A DNA stretch of 64,000 nt from an uncultured Candidatus Saccharibacteria bacterium (GCA_964618955.1 CAZUBO010000003.1:5250-69249), one strand, 5' to 3'. Numbered from the stretch's first letter, positions 33,814-45,859 are shown. Notes: a model not told the origin generated them from the letters alone. Translations and numbers: made by a program.

Positions 33814-35352
33814 ATGAAATACTGAAAACCAACATTTAAAAACCTTTTCAAAACACTAGTATCTTGCTTGTTAATTTTTCTAACAAGCAGTATTGGTGTT
33901 TTTGCTTTTGATGCTAATTCTAAAATCAATATCTATAAAACCAGCGATAGTGAATATCGTGATCAAATCAATGTTAGCAATATCAAAAACACTAACTATA
34001 TTAATTTTTATGTAGATCAATATTGGTGAAGTAAACAAACCTTTACCGACCAAGATAAAGTCTCTAATTTTGCTATTGCTCTTGGCTCTGAATTTGAATA
34101 CAATATCTATCCAAAATTAGTCAAAGTTTTGCCTAATATTACTTCTTGACTTTCCTATAATCAAAAATTAAATATTATTCTAACTCCAATGAATGGTGGT
34201 ATTCAAGGGTATATCCGCCCAGAAGATTTCAATAGTAAAACTCAAAACAATACTTCTAACAGTGGTACTATTGTTTATCTTAATGCTAATAATATTTTGA
34301 ACCCTAGCATATCCAACAATATTTTGTTTTCTTTCTTCGCTCATGAATTTATGCATATCATTACTTTTCGAGAAAAAAATATCTATTTTAACGTATCAGA
34401 AGATACTTGATTGGAAGAATTGCGTAGCGAGTATTTAGCTAATTATCTTGGCTACAATAAGTCTGCTGATTCCTATTTAAATTTTCGTTTGCAAAACGGT
34501 GTTAGTTTAACGGATATTAATTTAATCAATTGAAATAATGCTAGCAATAGTTATTCTTTAATTAATCTTTTTAGTATTTATTTGGTCCAAAGATATTCTT
34601 CAGATATTATCTTTAGTACTCTAGCCTCTAAAGCTACTGGCATTGATTCCATCAATAATTATCTTTCTCAACATGGCTTTAAAGAAAGATTCAAAGATAT
34701 TTATCAGGATTGAGTTATTGCTAATATTATAAATAATTGCGAAACAAATACAAACTATTGCTATAAAGATATTGATATTCAAATTAATATTCCTGGTACT
34801 AGTTTCTATTTACCAATCAATAATGATAGTGTGCTTTCGATTAGTGATTCTTTAACAAACTACCAAACTAAGTATCAGAAGATTGTTGGCGGCTCTGACA
34901 ATTTAGAATTAACTCTTGAAAATACCAAAAACAATATTTATCAAAAGATTCCATATATTTTGGTTGATAAAAACAATCAAAAATCTTTAAGCTTTTTTAG
35001 TTTTAATACAACTACCGAACAACGAATTGTTATCAAAAATTATTCCAAATCTTATGCTAATATTATTATTATTCCAATGTTCGCCGATAAGGCTGGAAAT
35101 AATTCCCAGATCTTTAAATGAAATATTAATAGTACTAAAAGTTTTCATGTAATTCCTGGTACCAAACCAACTACTACTAAATCAGTTGCTACAACTAAGT
35201 CAAGAAGTGTGACTACCACAACTACTAATCCTCAGTTTGGTACGGCAACTCCTATAGTTATCAATATTAATGCTCCAACTAAACCATCTTGATTCTCAAG
35301 GATTACGTTTAGTATCGTCTTCTTCCTTCAAAGAATTTTTCAGAAAAAATAG
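33814..35352 (+). CDS. secreted putative zinc metallopeptidase (HEXXH)
   Basis: Signal/anchor, FAHEFMHII (HEXXH), Thr-rich tail and a C-terminal hydrophobic segment. About eight in-frame TGAs join four track fragments. Confidence 0.5.
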
Positions 35353-35443
35353 CCTAATTATAAAGTCAGTAGCTCAGCTATTGACTTTTTCAATAAAATG
35401 CCCTATAATATACTCATATTAACAAATTCATTTTTTACGGGAT

Positions 35444-36049
35444 ATGACCAATAAACTGAACTGGCAACTTGTGGCCGAAAAACTCCAAGATAAGAAAATA
35501 ACCTTGTTTACACCAAGTATCTTTTTGGGTTTATTTAATGCATCTGAAAGCGCCAGCAAAAGCCTTTTAAACACATATACCAAAAAGGGTTTTTTCATAA
35601 AACTAAAAAATGGCTTCTATATCTCAAAGACGTCTAGCCATAATGATTTCGAGATAGCTAATAAGATATATAAGCCTTCCTATGTTTCTTTTGAAACAGC
35701 TTTGTCTTATCATAATATACTCCCTGAAACAGTATATTCTATTACTTCAGCCACTACTAAGGCTAGCAGAAGCTATATAATATTAAATAAATATTTTACT
35801 TATCATAAGATGAAAAAAGAATTGTTTTTTGGTTATGATGTTCTTAATATCAATGGTCAAACAATATGAATGGCTGATAAAGAAAAGGCTTTATTAGATT
35901 ATGTTTATTTTGTCACTATGAAAAAGAAACCTGACAATGATAGATTAAATATCAAGGACATATCGGTAATTAAAATAAAAAAATATTTAAAACAATACAA
36001 TAATCCTTTATTGGAATCTAAAATTAAGAAATTATTAATAAATAAATAA
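35444..36049 (+). CDS. AbiEi-like antitoxin (copy 2)
   Basis: YKPSYVSFETALSYHNILPE core. TAATG overlap with the downstream toxin gene. Confidence 0.7.
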
Positions 36050-36771
36050 TGATTAATCCAGACACTATTCAATTATTAGCTACAAAATTACAAACTCGAG
36101 ATATTAATATAGCTAGGGAATACATTCAAAATCTTTTTCTTTCTTTTTTCTATGAGCAAAAAGAATCTCGAAATATCTTATTCAAGGGTGGTACAGCCTT
36201 GAGAATTGTATTTCAAAGCCCCCGTTTCTCTGAAGATCTAGATTTTTCAACCGACAAGTTCTTTTCTTTAAAAGAAATTGAACAAATAATTATTAAAACC
36301 ATAAGTAATATTGAGAATTTGGGTATTAAAACAGATATTAAGGAATCCAAAGCTACTACTGGTGGTTATTTAGGAATTATTAATTTTAAATTCCTTGAAT
36401 ATAATATAGATATTTATTTAGAAATTTCTTTTAGGAAAAAAGTCGGAATAAAAGGGGAAGCTGTTGTTATCAATAATTCTTTTACTCCTTCCTATGTATT
36501 AATTATCTTATCTCAAGATCAGATGATTGCCGAAAAAATTCAAGCCACACTTACCAGACAAAAACCTAGGGATTTTTTTGATATCTACTTTCTTTTACGG
36601 GGAAACATGATTACTGCAGTTAATAAAGCATCTCTTAAATCAATCAGAGATACTATTAAAAAAACAAAAGTTAACTTTAGTAATGAACTTAAAACATTTC
36701 TTCCAGTTCGCCAACATCTAGTTATCAAAGACTTCAAAAACAACTTGTTAAAAGAAATGGATAGAATTTAA
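36049..36771 (+). CDS. AbiEii-like nucleotidyltransferase toxin (copy 2)
   Basis: FKGGTALRIVFQSPRFSEDLDFS; C-terminal KPRDFFDIYFL. Confidence 0.8.
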   Translation: MINPDTIQLLATKLQTRDINIAREYIQNLFLSFFYEQKESRNILFKGGTALRIVFQSPRFSEDLDFSTDKFFSLKEIEQIIIKTISNIENLGIKTDIKESKATTGGYLGIINFKFLEYNIDIYLEISFRKKVGIKGEAVVINNSFTPSYVLIILSQDQMIAEKIQATLTRQKPRDFFDIYFLLRGNMITAVNKASLKSIRDTIKKTKVNFSNELKTFLPVRQHLVIKDFKNNLLKEMDRI

Positions 36772-36813
36772 ATTAATATCTTAGTGTTATTTTATATTGC
36801 GCAATGCGAACAT

Positions 36814-36842
36814 TTGACAAAAACTACAAAGTTTGCTATATT
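36814..36842 (+). promoter_or_regulatory. sigma-70-like promoter
   Basis: TTGACA, 17-nt spacer, TATATT. The palindrome ttgcgcaa lies just upstream. Confidence 0.5.
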
Positions 36843-36903
36843 GTATGTAATCAATCATGTTATTTACGCTTTTTAGTAAATAGCATGCATAAAACGTATA
36901 ATA

Positions 36904-37524
36904 ATGGTAAAAATACTAGATTTTATCAAAAAATTAAGCAAAATCATCGTCTTTTCTAAAAAGGATTTAGAGAAGATGTTTTCAAATATCTATCCAGCCA
37001 GATTAACCGAATGACAAAACAAGGGTTATATCAAGAAGATAACTAATAATTTTTATATTATTTCTGATTTAGAGATTAACGAAAACTCAATGTTTTTAAT
37101 TGCTAACAAGATTTATGAGCCAGCCTACATTTCCGTAGAAACGGCATTGAGTTATTATGGAATTATTCCTGAACAAGTTTTTAGTATCGTATCTTTAACA
37201 ACTAATAGAAGCAAAACCTTTGACACTCCTTTAGGGAAGTTTTTTTATAAAACTATTCCTTTTGATCTTTTTTTCGGTTATGAGACTATAAAATACAAAG
37301 ATTTTAATTTTAAGATTGCTGATAAAGAAAAGGCTATTCTAGACTACATGTATTTACATCGACATCTTAAAACAATAGTTGATTTTGAATCTGTAAGATT
37401 TAATATTTCTGATCTTAAGTCTAGTATTAACAAAGATAAGATCTTGTTCTATTTGTCTAAGTATAGAAGCAAGGCCTTTGTTAAAACCATTAATAAATTA
37501 CTAAAATATATTTATCATGCTTAG
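36904..37524 (+). CDS. AbiEi-like antitoxin (copy 3, close paralog of copy 1)
   Basis: RLTE-W-QNKGYIKKI and YEPAYISVETALSYYGIIPE. Same length (206 aa) and same 8-nt overlap as copy 1. Confidence 0.75.
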
Positions 37525-38293
37525 TCTAGATTCTATTGTAAAAAATTACCCTGAAAATCTAAGAGCTTTTAAGAAGAATATAATTAGAGAATATTTACAA
37601 TACAAGATATTGTATCATATCTTTAATTCTCCTTTTTCTAATAAATTATCTTTTATTGGCGGTACCGCTCTAAGAATTGCCTATGATAATCAAAGATTCT
37701 CTGAAGATCTTGATTTTGATAATTTTGGTCTATCCATTACTGATTTTGAAAGTTTAATTGACTTTGTACAGAAGAAGTTAACTCAAGAAGGTTTTGATAT
37801 TGAATTTAAAGTTACTAATAAGGGTGCTTTTAGGGCTGATATTAAATTCAAATCCATTTTAGAATTCTACGGTATTGCTGTTATGGAAACCGAAAAATTA
37901 CTTATCCAAGTTGATACCGCTCCTCATAATTTTGTTTATCAGGCTCAAGAGCATATACTTAACAAGTTCGATGTCTTTTCAATAATCTTAACAACCCCAC
38001 CAGATATTCTTTTGTCTCAGAAAATCAGAGCTTTTTTTGAAAGAAAAAGAACATTAGGTAGAGATATTTTTGATATAATATTCCTTTCGTCCAAAACCAA
38101 ACCCAACTATGATTATTTAAAAGATAAATTGAACATTGACAATAGTAAAGATCTCAAATCTAGAATTTCCAAATTTGTATCAACTCTTGATATTAAAACT
38201 CTTAAACAAGATTTAAGATATATGCTTTTTAACGAAAATAGTGTTAACCAAATTGATACTTTCGTTGAACATATTGATAAACTTAACTTCTAA
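37517..38293 (+). CDS. AbiEii-like nucleotidyltransferase toxin (copy 3, motifs intact)
   Basis: FIGGTALRIAYDNQRFSEDLDFD; long identical runs with copy 1. Confidence 0.8.
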   Translation: MLSLDSIVKNYPENLRAFKKNIIREYLQYKILYHIFNSPFSNKLSFIGGTALRIAYDNQRFSEDLDFDNFGLSITDFESLIDFVQKKLTQEGFDIEFKVTNKGAFRADIKFKSILEFYGIAVMETEKLLIQVDTAPHNFVYQAQEHILNKFDVFSIILTTPPDILLSQKIRAFFERKRTLGRDIFDIIFLSSKTKPNYDYLKDKLNIDNSKDLKSRISKFVSTLDIKTLKQDLRYMLFNENSVNQIDTFVEHIDKLNF

Positions 38294-38391
38294 TATTGAG
38301 TTTGTTAAAATCAACAGTTACCCTGTTGACTTTTTTCATTTTATTGTATAAAATATACCCAACAATTAATTATTTTAATAAACTTTTCAAT

Positions 38392-41300
38392 ATGAAGAAA
38401 ACTCTTTTATTACTTCTATCTTTAGCGGTATTGCTAACTATAGGAGCTTTTGCAGTTAAAGCTGTTACCCAAAGCGGGTTTGATACTAATAGCTTTAATT
38501 TTAGCGGTGCTAATTTTAATAACTATGTTCAAGATGATGTCTATAAATACATCTGTAAGAGTGGTGAATGTGTTTCAGTAAAACAAGCTACTCTAAAACC
38601 ATCTGATGCTTACTATAATTCAAAATCTGATTGTGTCAATAAATGCGGCAACAATCCAGCCAATGTAAATACCAGTGGTAGTGCTTCTGGTAGTTTTAAC
38701 TTTAATTTTAATGGTACATATAATGCTCCAGCTCAATCTAAACCAGTTGCTAATTTAAATACTGGCAGTAATTTGAATGGTGTAAGTTTTAATGCTCCTA
38801 CTATTAAACCTTCGGGAACTCCTGCTCCTAGTGCTACTGGTGGCATAGCTCCTTCTACTAATTTTGGTGGTGTAAATTTTAAAGACACTACGGTTAAGAC
38901 TCCCGGAGTTGCCCAGAGTTCTTTATTTGGAACCGATGTAAAATACAATCCTAGTACTAGCCTTACTCCTCAAGGGGGCGCAGCTGGTGAAGGGAATAAA
39001 GTTACATTCTTTGGAAGCTTATTGCAAAAATTTGGTATTACTGGTGCTAAGACCGACACCATAACTCCCCAAGATAGTAAAATTCCTCCGAAAGAAGATG
39101 ATAATGGCGAGGGTGAAGTTACTGGTGATATCGCTTTTACTTATTCACCGGAAAAGATTTATGGTAAAGGCGAAGCTATAAAAATTAAGATAATTAAACC
39201 AACCAATATTTCTGCTTATGATAGTTTTTGATATGATTTATCAGTTGATTGAAAAAATACCCCTGAAGATAAGTCTGATGATATATTAAAAGAAGCCAAT
39301 GAAATTACCAAATCAGAATTTGAAATTAAAACCGATGGCTATTATAGAATAGAACTAACTATTAAAGGTTTTAAAGCTGGCAAGACTCAATCCTTAGACA
39401 AATGGACAACTTCCAAAACAGTAGTTTTGGAATATAATGAGGTTAAAAAAGCTGGAACTGAAACTATAAAGAATGACTGTTGGCTAGATATTACTGGTTT
39501 TAAACCAAGTATTAACAATAAGATTGGTTTTACTGCTGATAAGCCTGAGGCTGTCACTGTTGACTTTAAATTAAATTGTACTAGCTACGATGCTAAGTAT
39601 TTCGATGTCAGACCAATAAGCGTTAGTGCCTATATCGACGTTCCGGCACTAAGAACTATTGATAAGGATATTTTTGCTTGTGAAACTAAAACTATTTCTG
39701 GTGATACAATTTACAAGACAACCGATACTTATACCGTAACTTGTTCAAAAGAAAAAGTTACCGAAGCTTTAAAGAAAGAAAGTGCCGAAGATACTCGTAA
39801 TAGATTCTTAATGGTAGATATGTATTATATGACTAATAAACACACTAATACCCATAATGGCGAAGCTTATTCTGCTAGATTTATTTCTACCAAAGATAAG
39901 ATATCAATGCCAAAACCAATAACTAATCCTGGAGAACCAGGCGATAAACCTGATGATACAAAACCATCTGAAACTGATGGTAGAGAAATGAAAATAGAAG
40001 CAATAGTTACTCCTGGAAAAGATAGAACTTTTGAGACCTGTAAAGGCGGTAAAGTAAAAGTTGTATGATCTTCAAAGGGTTACGATAGTTGTAGCATTAG
40101 CTCTGATACTTTAGTATATATCGATGGTAGTGGCAAAGAAGGTACAAAAGATTTTAATGTAGGTAAAAATACCAAAGATGATGTTGTCAGTAATAAAATA
40201 AAATTAATTTGTACCTATCTTAAAGATAACAAACCAACAAAAGACGAAAAGATTGTTCAGATAAATACTCCAGAGTGTGAAGGCACTCAACCTCCAGCTA
40301 GCGAAGAACAAGCCGGTACTATAAAAGAGAAATGCGATAAAAATAAATGTTCTGCTACTTTTAGTTTAGATGATAAGGCGGTTTTAAAGATGAATGATAA
40401 AAAAGTTTTAAATGCTAGTGCATTAAAATTTGGTGTTAATCTTTCAGGAACTACTTGTGATCTAGGTATTTTCCAAAAGACTTTTGCTCGTATTAAAATT
40501 GATGGCAAGATTGTTCAAGATATAACAATCCCTGCTAATACCAAGGCTAGAGAATACACTATTGGTAATGTTTGAACTCAACTTTCCGAACAAACCAGAA
40601 AGAATATTGAAAATACTTTAGCAAAATATGATGGGGCTAAAATTAAAGTAGAATTAGAAGCTTGAAGTACTTTCGATGAGACTAAAGGAAAAACTTGAAA
40701 TTGCAACTGAAGTTCAATATCAAAAGAGATTACTTTTGTAAAAGGAGGATTAAAGAATAATTCTGGTTCCGGAGAAACCGAGTTATCTTCAATAGAAAAA
40801 TGTAAAAAACAATGCGATGATGATGCTAATAATCCATCAATTTCAGAGAAATATTTAATATTAATGTATGGTGGTAAAAGTAAGAATGAGGCTCGTCAGA
40901 ATTGTATCGCCAAATGTGAAGGCAAGCCTATCCCTTATCCTTCTGATAGTAACACCGAAACATTTAAACCTGTTAAATCTGGTGGCATAACTAGCGGTAC
41001 TAATGTTGGTATGTGCGCTACTGGCTATCCAAAATTTGTTTATGGTACTCTTCATACCCCAGACAATAGTTATGGTATTGCTGCTGTGCAAATTGATTAT
41101 AGTGGTTGTTGTTTTAAAGACTTAGTTAGAGGCTATGGAGTAAAATATCAAAACAATCCTTCATCTATAAAAGTTACAAGCTTAAATAGCAAGGGAGCAG
41201 TTGACACTAGGGCTTATTTCGGCACTGATAGTACTGGTAATGTAACTTATGAAGCTAACACTACTCTTTGTATTGGCGATGCTAAAAAGATCGGTAATTC

Positions 41301-41733
41301 TTGTGAAAGATATTGTATATATTCCAATAGTAACGGAAAAACAACTGAAAACTGTAATTTTGATACTAATTATCAAAATTCATGTCCAACAAATTATCCA
41401 ATAGTAGAATATGGTACTTTATCAAATGGAGGTACATGTGTTAAAACTGATTTTAGCAAATGTCAAATTCAAGGAAAAGGAGTAACTGGATCGGTAATTT
41501 TAAGCGATTCTCCAGTAGGAGCCTTAGAGGCTTACAACAAAGACAAAACCTATTGTTTGTTAACATTAACTAAGGTATATTCAAAGACAAATATCACAGC
41601 TTGATTCTATAATCAGCCTCAATTACATTGCGAATATACTAATATTGATGGTAAACTTTCACGTTCCTGCTTTAACATACACACGTGTAATATGGAGCAA
41701 TCAGATGGTACCGGTGGCGGTGGATTTAATTAA
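38392..41733 (+). CDS. giant secreted Cys-rich protein (1113 aa), paralog of 15114-17231
   Basis: Signal peptide MKKTLLLLLSLAVLLTIGAFA. Shared N-terminal module. Track ORFs 38296, 39427, 40390 and 40864 share one frame and join through about ten TGAs. Stop is TAA at 41731. Confidence 0.75.
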
Positions 41734-41750
41734 AAATATTATGTATTTTT

Positions 41751-41782
41751 ACAACCATCCTCATTTGAGGGTGGTTGTTTTA
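41751..41782 (+). terminator. intrinsic terminator
   Basis: 12-bp stem acaaccatcctc/gagggtggttgt followed by tttt. Confidence 0.75.
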
Positions 41783-41831
41783 ATTCAAACTTTATGATAA
41801 ATTAAAGTTATTAATAATTTAAACTAATATT

Positions 41832-42050
41832 ATGAAACAATACAAAATAATTCAACAACGTGATAAATGCGTTGGCTGTGGTCATTGTCAAATGTTATGT
41901 CCAGAGAATTGAGAAATGGACGATGAAGATTTTTTAGCCAAGCCTAAAAAAACAATTATTGATGAAACTGAATATCCTAAAAATCAAGAAGTTGCTGAAG
42001 GTTGCCCAACACAATGTATTCAAATAGAAGAAATTAAAGAAAATATTTAA
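41832..42050 (+). CDS. small single-cluster ferredoxin (72 aa)
   Basis: CVGCGHCQMLCP (CxxCxxCxxxCP) plus a distal GCPTQC. One in-frame TGA. Not in the track. Confidence 0.7.
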
Positions 42051-42113
42051 TTTCTATTATCTTGACCATATATTCTGTAAAAGGGTGTTTTTATTTAGAT
42101 GCAATTTAACTAG

Positions 42114-42144
42114 CAAGGGGTTGAACCCAACCCCTTGTTTTTTA
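42114..42144 (+). terminator. intrinsic terminator
   Basis: Stem caaggggtt/aaccccttg followed by a T-run. Confidence 0.75.
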
Positions 42145-42221
42145 TTAATTCTATGTTAGTATATTACCGTTCTAAATTTGTTCTTAATTAAATGAAAGGA
42201 GGTCCATCCAGGTCTAACCAA

Positions 42222-42250
42222 CAAAGGGGGTAATCCAGCCCCCTTGTTTT
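42222..42250 (+). terminator. second, sequence-related intrinsic terminator
   Basis: Stem caa(a)ggggg/cccccttg followed by tttt, about 80 nt after the first. Confidence 0.65.
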
Positions 42251-42327
42251 ATTAAAGAAGCTGCTTGATTAATTCTTGATTCTTTGTTATTCTATTACTA
42301 TACTTTAAATATTCTAAACTATATACT

Positions 42328-43056
42328 ATGAATGATAAGAAATTTTTACAAATACCAGCAACTATCTTAGGAAGTTGTCTCATTCTCTGTGTTTTAATCC
42401 TTGGAAGTTTTATGTATAAGATTCAAGCGTTAAACAACACCCTAACTGTTACTGGCTCAGCTCGTCAAAAGGTAGTGTCTGATACTGGCAAGTTAGTTGG
42501 TAGATTTACAAGAACTGTTAGCATTAATGAATTAAAAACTGGCTATCAATTAATGAAGTCTGATAATACTAAGGTATTGAATTTTTTTAAATCCCAAGGA
42601 ATTAATGTTGAAGATATCAAGATTTCCCCAGTATTTCAAAGTGAGATTTGAAAACAAAATGAATATGATGACCGTCCCAAGCAATATACCTTGCAACAAA
42701 CTGTTGAAATCAACTTAAATAATGTTCAAAAAATAGAAGCAATCTCAAAAGATTTTTCTAAACTTATTGACCAAGATGTTCTTTTCTCTCTAGATAGAGC
42801 AGAATATTTTTATTCTAAACTGCCTGAGGCTAGAATTTCAATGCTTTCTGATGCCATTAAAGATGCCAAAGCCAGAGCCGAGAAGATCGCAAATTCTTCT
42901 GGAAAAAGAGTTGGTGTTATCAAGTCTGCTTCTATGGGTGTAGTTCAAGTTCTATCACCTAATTCCGTAGATGTCTCCGACTATGGTACTTACGATACTT
43001 CTACAATCAATAAAGAGATTATGGTAACTGTTAGGGCTTTATTTACTATTAGATAA
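42328..43056 (+). CDS. SIMPL/DUF541-family protein
   Basis: N-terminal anchor; LTVTGSA start and the AIKDAKARAEKIANSSGKRVGVI core are typical of SIMPL. One in-frame TGA. Confidence 0.65.
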
Positions 43057-43059
43057 TAC

Positions 43060-43092
43060 AAAAATCGAACAACTAATTTGTTCGATTTTTAA
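43060..43092. terminator. bidirectional terminator between convergent genes
   Basis: Stem aatcgaacaa/ttgttcgatt with A/T runs on both sides. Confidence 0.7.
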
Positions 43093-44301
43093 TTAAATTA
43101 ATTTTTGTTTTTCGGCTCAATCTATAAATTTTTGAGGATTCTTAAATTTAATATCTTCGGTAACCAATTTCTTAGTTATAGAACTAATTAATGACACGGT
43201 AATTGATTTGTCTTTGTTTATTTGGACTTCCATTATTATATTCTCGTTTCGGTTTTTAATATTAAAAATATTTACCGCCAGATTTATCTTGCTATTTATT
43301 TTTCATTCATTAGTTAATGGTTCTTTTGACAACTGTGCTTGTACTCACTCGTTGAATGTCTTGAAATTATTAAATTTAGTCATCTTACTATCATTTTCAA
43401 TTAAAGTTATTTCTTCATCACCAGTTCCGTTATTATTAAATAAATAATTATATTTATCATCTTGTTTGTTTTGAGCGTTTAAATCTTTAATAAGAGATTC
43501 AATAGTTTCAATTGTAATCTTGTATTTTTTATCGAAATCGTCTATAGGTTCTTTTATTTCATACCCTGATTGCAAAAACCTTTCCTCTTGATTGAGCATA
43601 CAATCGAGTTGTTTAATAGTCATTTCAAAATCATAACACAAAATTTCATTTTCATGGCCATTAAACATTGTATCTAAAACAAATATACCATCTACACTAA
43701 TGCATGGAATAATACAGTCGCTATCGGCCGATAATCTATTTATGGCCTGTATTTTTTCTTTTATTACTTGTCATTGTTCTTTAGAAAAGAAATCATCTTC
43801 AAAGAGTTCAAGTCAATTTAAAAATTCCATAACAGCTTCAAAATCATTAAAATTATGTATTTCTGGATTGAGATAATTGTCGCCATTATATACCGATATT
43901 AATATTGTTTTATCAAACGAAATAGCAAGGGTTTTTTCAACACCTTTTATTTTAAAACGATCATTAATTGTTTTTATGGCTGAATTTAATTCTTCTCGAT
44001 CATCTAAAGATAGCTCATTTTCAATATTTACCGTTTGTTTTAAGCAAGAATCAAGCTCATTTTCCCAAGAAGCTATTCATTCTAAAATTTCTTTTTCACT
44101 GTGTTTTAAAGAAAATTTTTCATCTTTTTTTGTTGTCACTATTCTTTTTGTATTTAATATATCAATAATTAAACTACCTCCGGCCGGTATATTATGACTT
44201 TTATACATTGATGCTATTGTTTTGTATTTCACATTAAAATTTTTTAATTTTGCGATGATTTCTTTAGATGGTTCTTGTGGTGGTATATTATGATTTCTCA
44301 T
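43093..44301 (-). CDS. hypothetical cytoplasmic protein (402 aa)
   Basis: Minus-strand fragments 44077-44301 and 43345-43668 plus untracked stretches form one 1209-nt frame joined by about seven TGAs. Stop is TAA at 43093. No family recognised. Confidence 0.6.
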
Positions 44302-44421
44302 ATTCTTAATTTAATATTATACCAATATTATAGCACAAAAATCATTTTAATCAAATTAAATATATATTTGCTTTTTTGACAAATATTTGATATATTTTAG
44401 ATATTAATAAAAAACTAAAAA

Positions 44422-45393
44422 ATGTTTATGTTGAAAATTCTAACTGACAGAAAACATCAATTGATTCTAGGAGTTTTAGCTGTAATTATTCTTGGTTCTA
44501 TTTTAACCCAGGGATTTACAAACTTTACTCTAGCATCAAAAAATGCAATAGCTCAAAAGGGAATTGCTTTTATTACTGAACAAGTCAAAAAGCAAAATCC
44601 TAGCGCTAAGATTGTTTTAGGAGAAGTTGAAAAGTATCATGGTATGATCAAAGCTAACGTTGATATCGATGGTGAAAAAATAGAACTATACTTAACTATT
44701 GATGGCAAAATTGCTTTTGTTCAACCAATAATTATTGATAAAACAGTTACTGCCAAAGAAGCTGCTAAAAAAGCAGTTAAGAGAGACAAGGTGGATGTAA
44801 AATTATTCACTATGTCCTATTGTCCTTTTGGCAATGAAGCTGAAAACGCTATGCTTCCCGTTGAAGCCCTTCTAAGAAATGATGTTGAGATTGAACCCCA
44901 TTATGTTATTTATTCAAATTATCCTTCCAAAGCCGAACAGGCTGGCTACTGCTGAGACGCTGCTGGCAAATACTGCTCCATGCATGGTATTAATGAATTA
45001 CGTCAGGATGTTAGAGAATTATGTATATACAAATACAATAAAACTAGCTATTGAGATTATATTAAGCTAGTTAATGCTAATTGTACGGTTGACAATATTG
45101 AGTCTTGCTGGAAAAAACCAGCTACTACCTTAAAAATCGATATTGCTAAGATCGAAACCTGTCTTAAATCCGAAGGTTTAAAGATCTTGGCTGATGAAAA
45201 AGCTCTTAATGACAAATATACCGTTCAGGGCTCTCCAATGTTGTTAATCAACGAAGCCGAATATGAAGGAGATAGAAGCTCTGAGGGATATAAAGCTGGT
45301 ATTTGTGGTGGTTTCAAAAAACAGCCAAAATCCTGTTCTCAGAAGTTAACAATTACTGATTCTAAACCCATACCTGCTGGTTCTTGTAAATAG
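44422..45393 (+). CDS. membrane-anchored thioredoxin-fold (DsbA-like) protein with CPFG motif
   Basis: N-terminal transmembrane segment; FTMSYCPFGNEAE; Cys-rich C-terminal half. Two in-frame TGAs. Confidence 0.55.
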
Positions 45394-45404
45394 AATTTAA
45401 ATTA

Positions 45405-45436
45405 AATACCTGACAATTTTGTCAGGTATTTTTTAT
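45405..45436 (+). terminator. intrinsic terminator
   Basis: Stem aatacctgac/gtcaggtatt followed by tttttt. Confidence 0.8.
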
Positions 45437-45529
45437 TAAAATTATTTTTTTAGAAAATATTTTTAAAACACTTGATTTTTTTAAAAAAATATTCTATACT
45501 AATATTATATAAATATTTAAAAAATTAAA

Positions 45530-45859
45530 ATGATAATTATGTTAACATTTTTTGCACTTTTAATTCTATGATTTCTTTTCTTTATCTATAATAAATTTAA
45601 TATTGTTGCTTTGAAAGATTACTTACTATTTTTTTATAAGATAAATCTTAATAATCTTGAAAGGGCCAATATTATTTTAATTTTATTAGATTTTTTGCTT
45701 GTTTTAACTTTTGTTATTTTTTTGATAGTTAAGATTGTTGATTGTAAAAAATCAACCCAAAAGATTATTAAAAAACCTGTTGCTAAGAAGAAAACAGTCC
45801 GTAAGGTTAAAAAAACAGCTACTACTAACAAGAAGAAGGAAGCTACTAAAAATAAATAA
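45530..45859 (+). CDS. small membrane protein with Lys-rich tail
   Basis: Two hydrophobic segments, then KKPVAKKKTVRKVKKTATTNKKKEATKNK. Confidence 0.45.
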
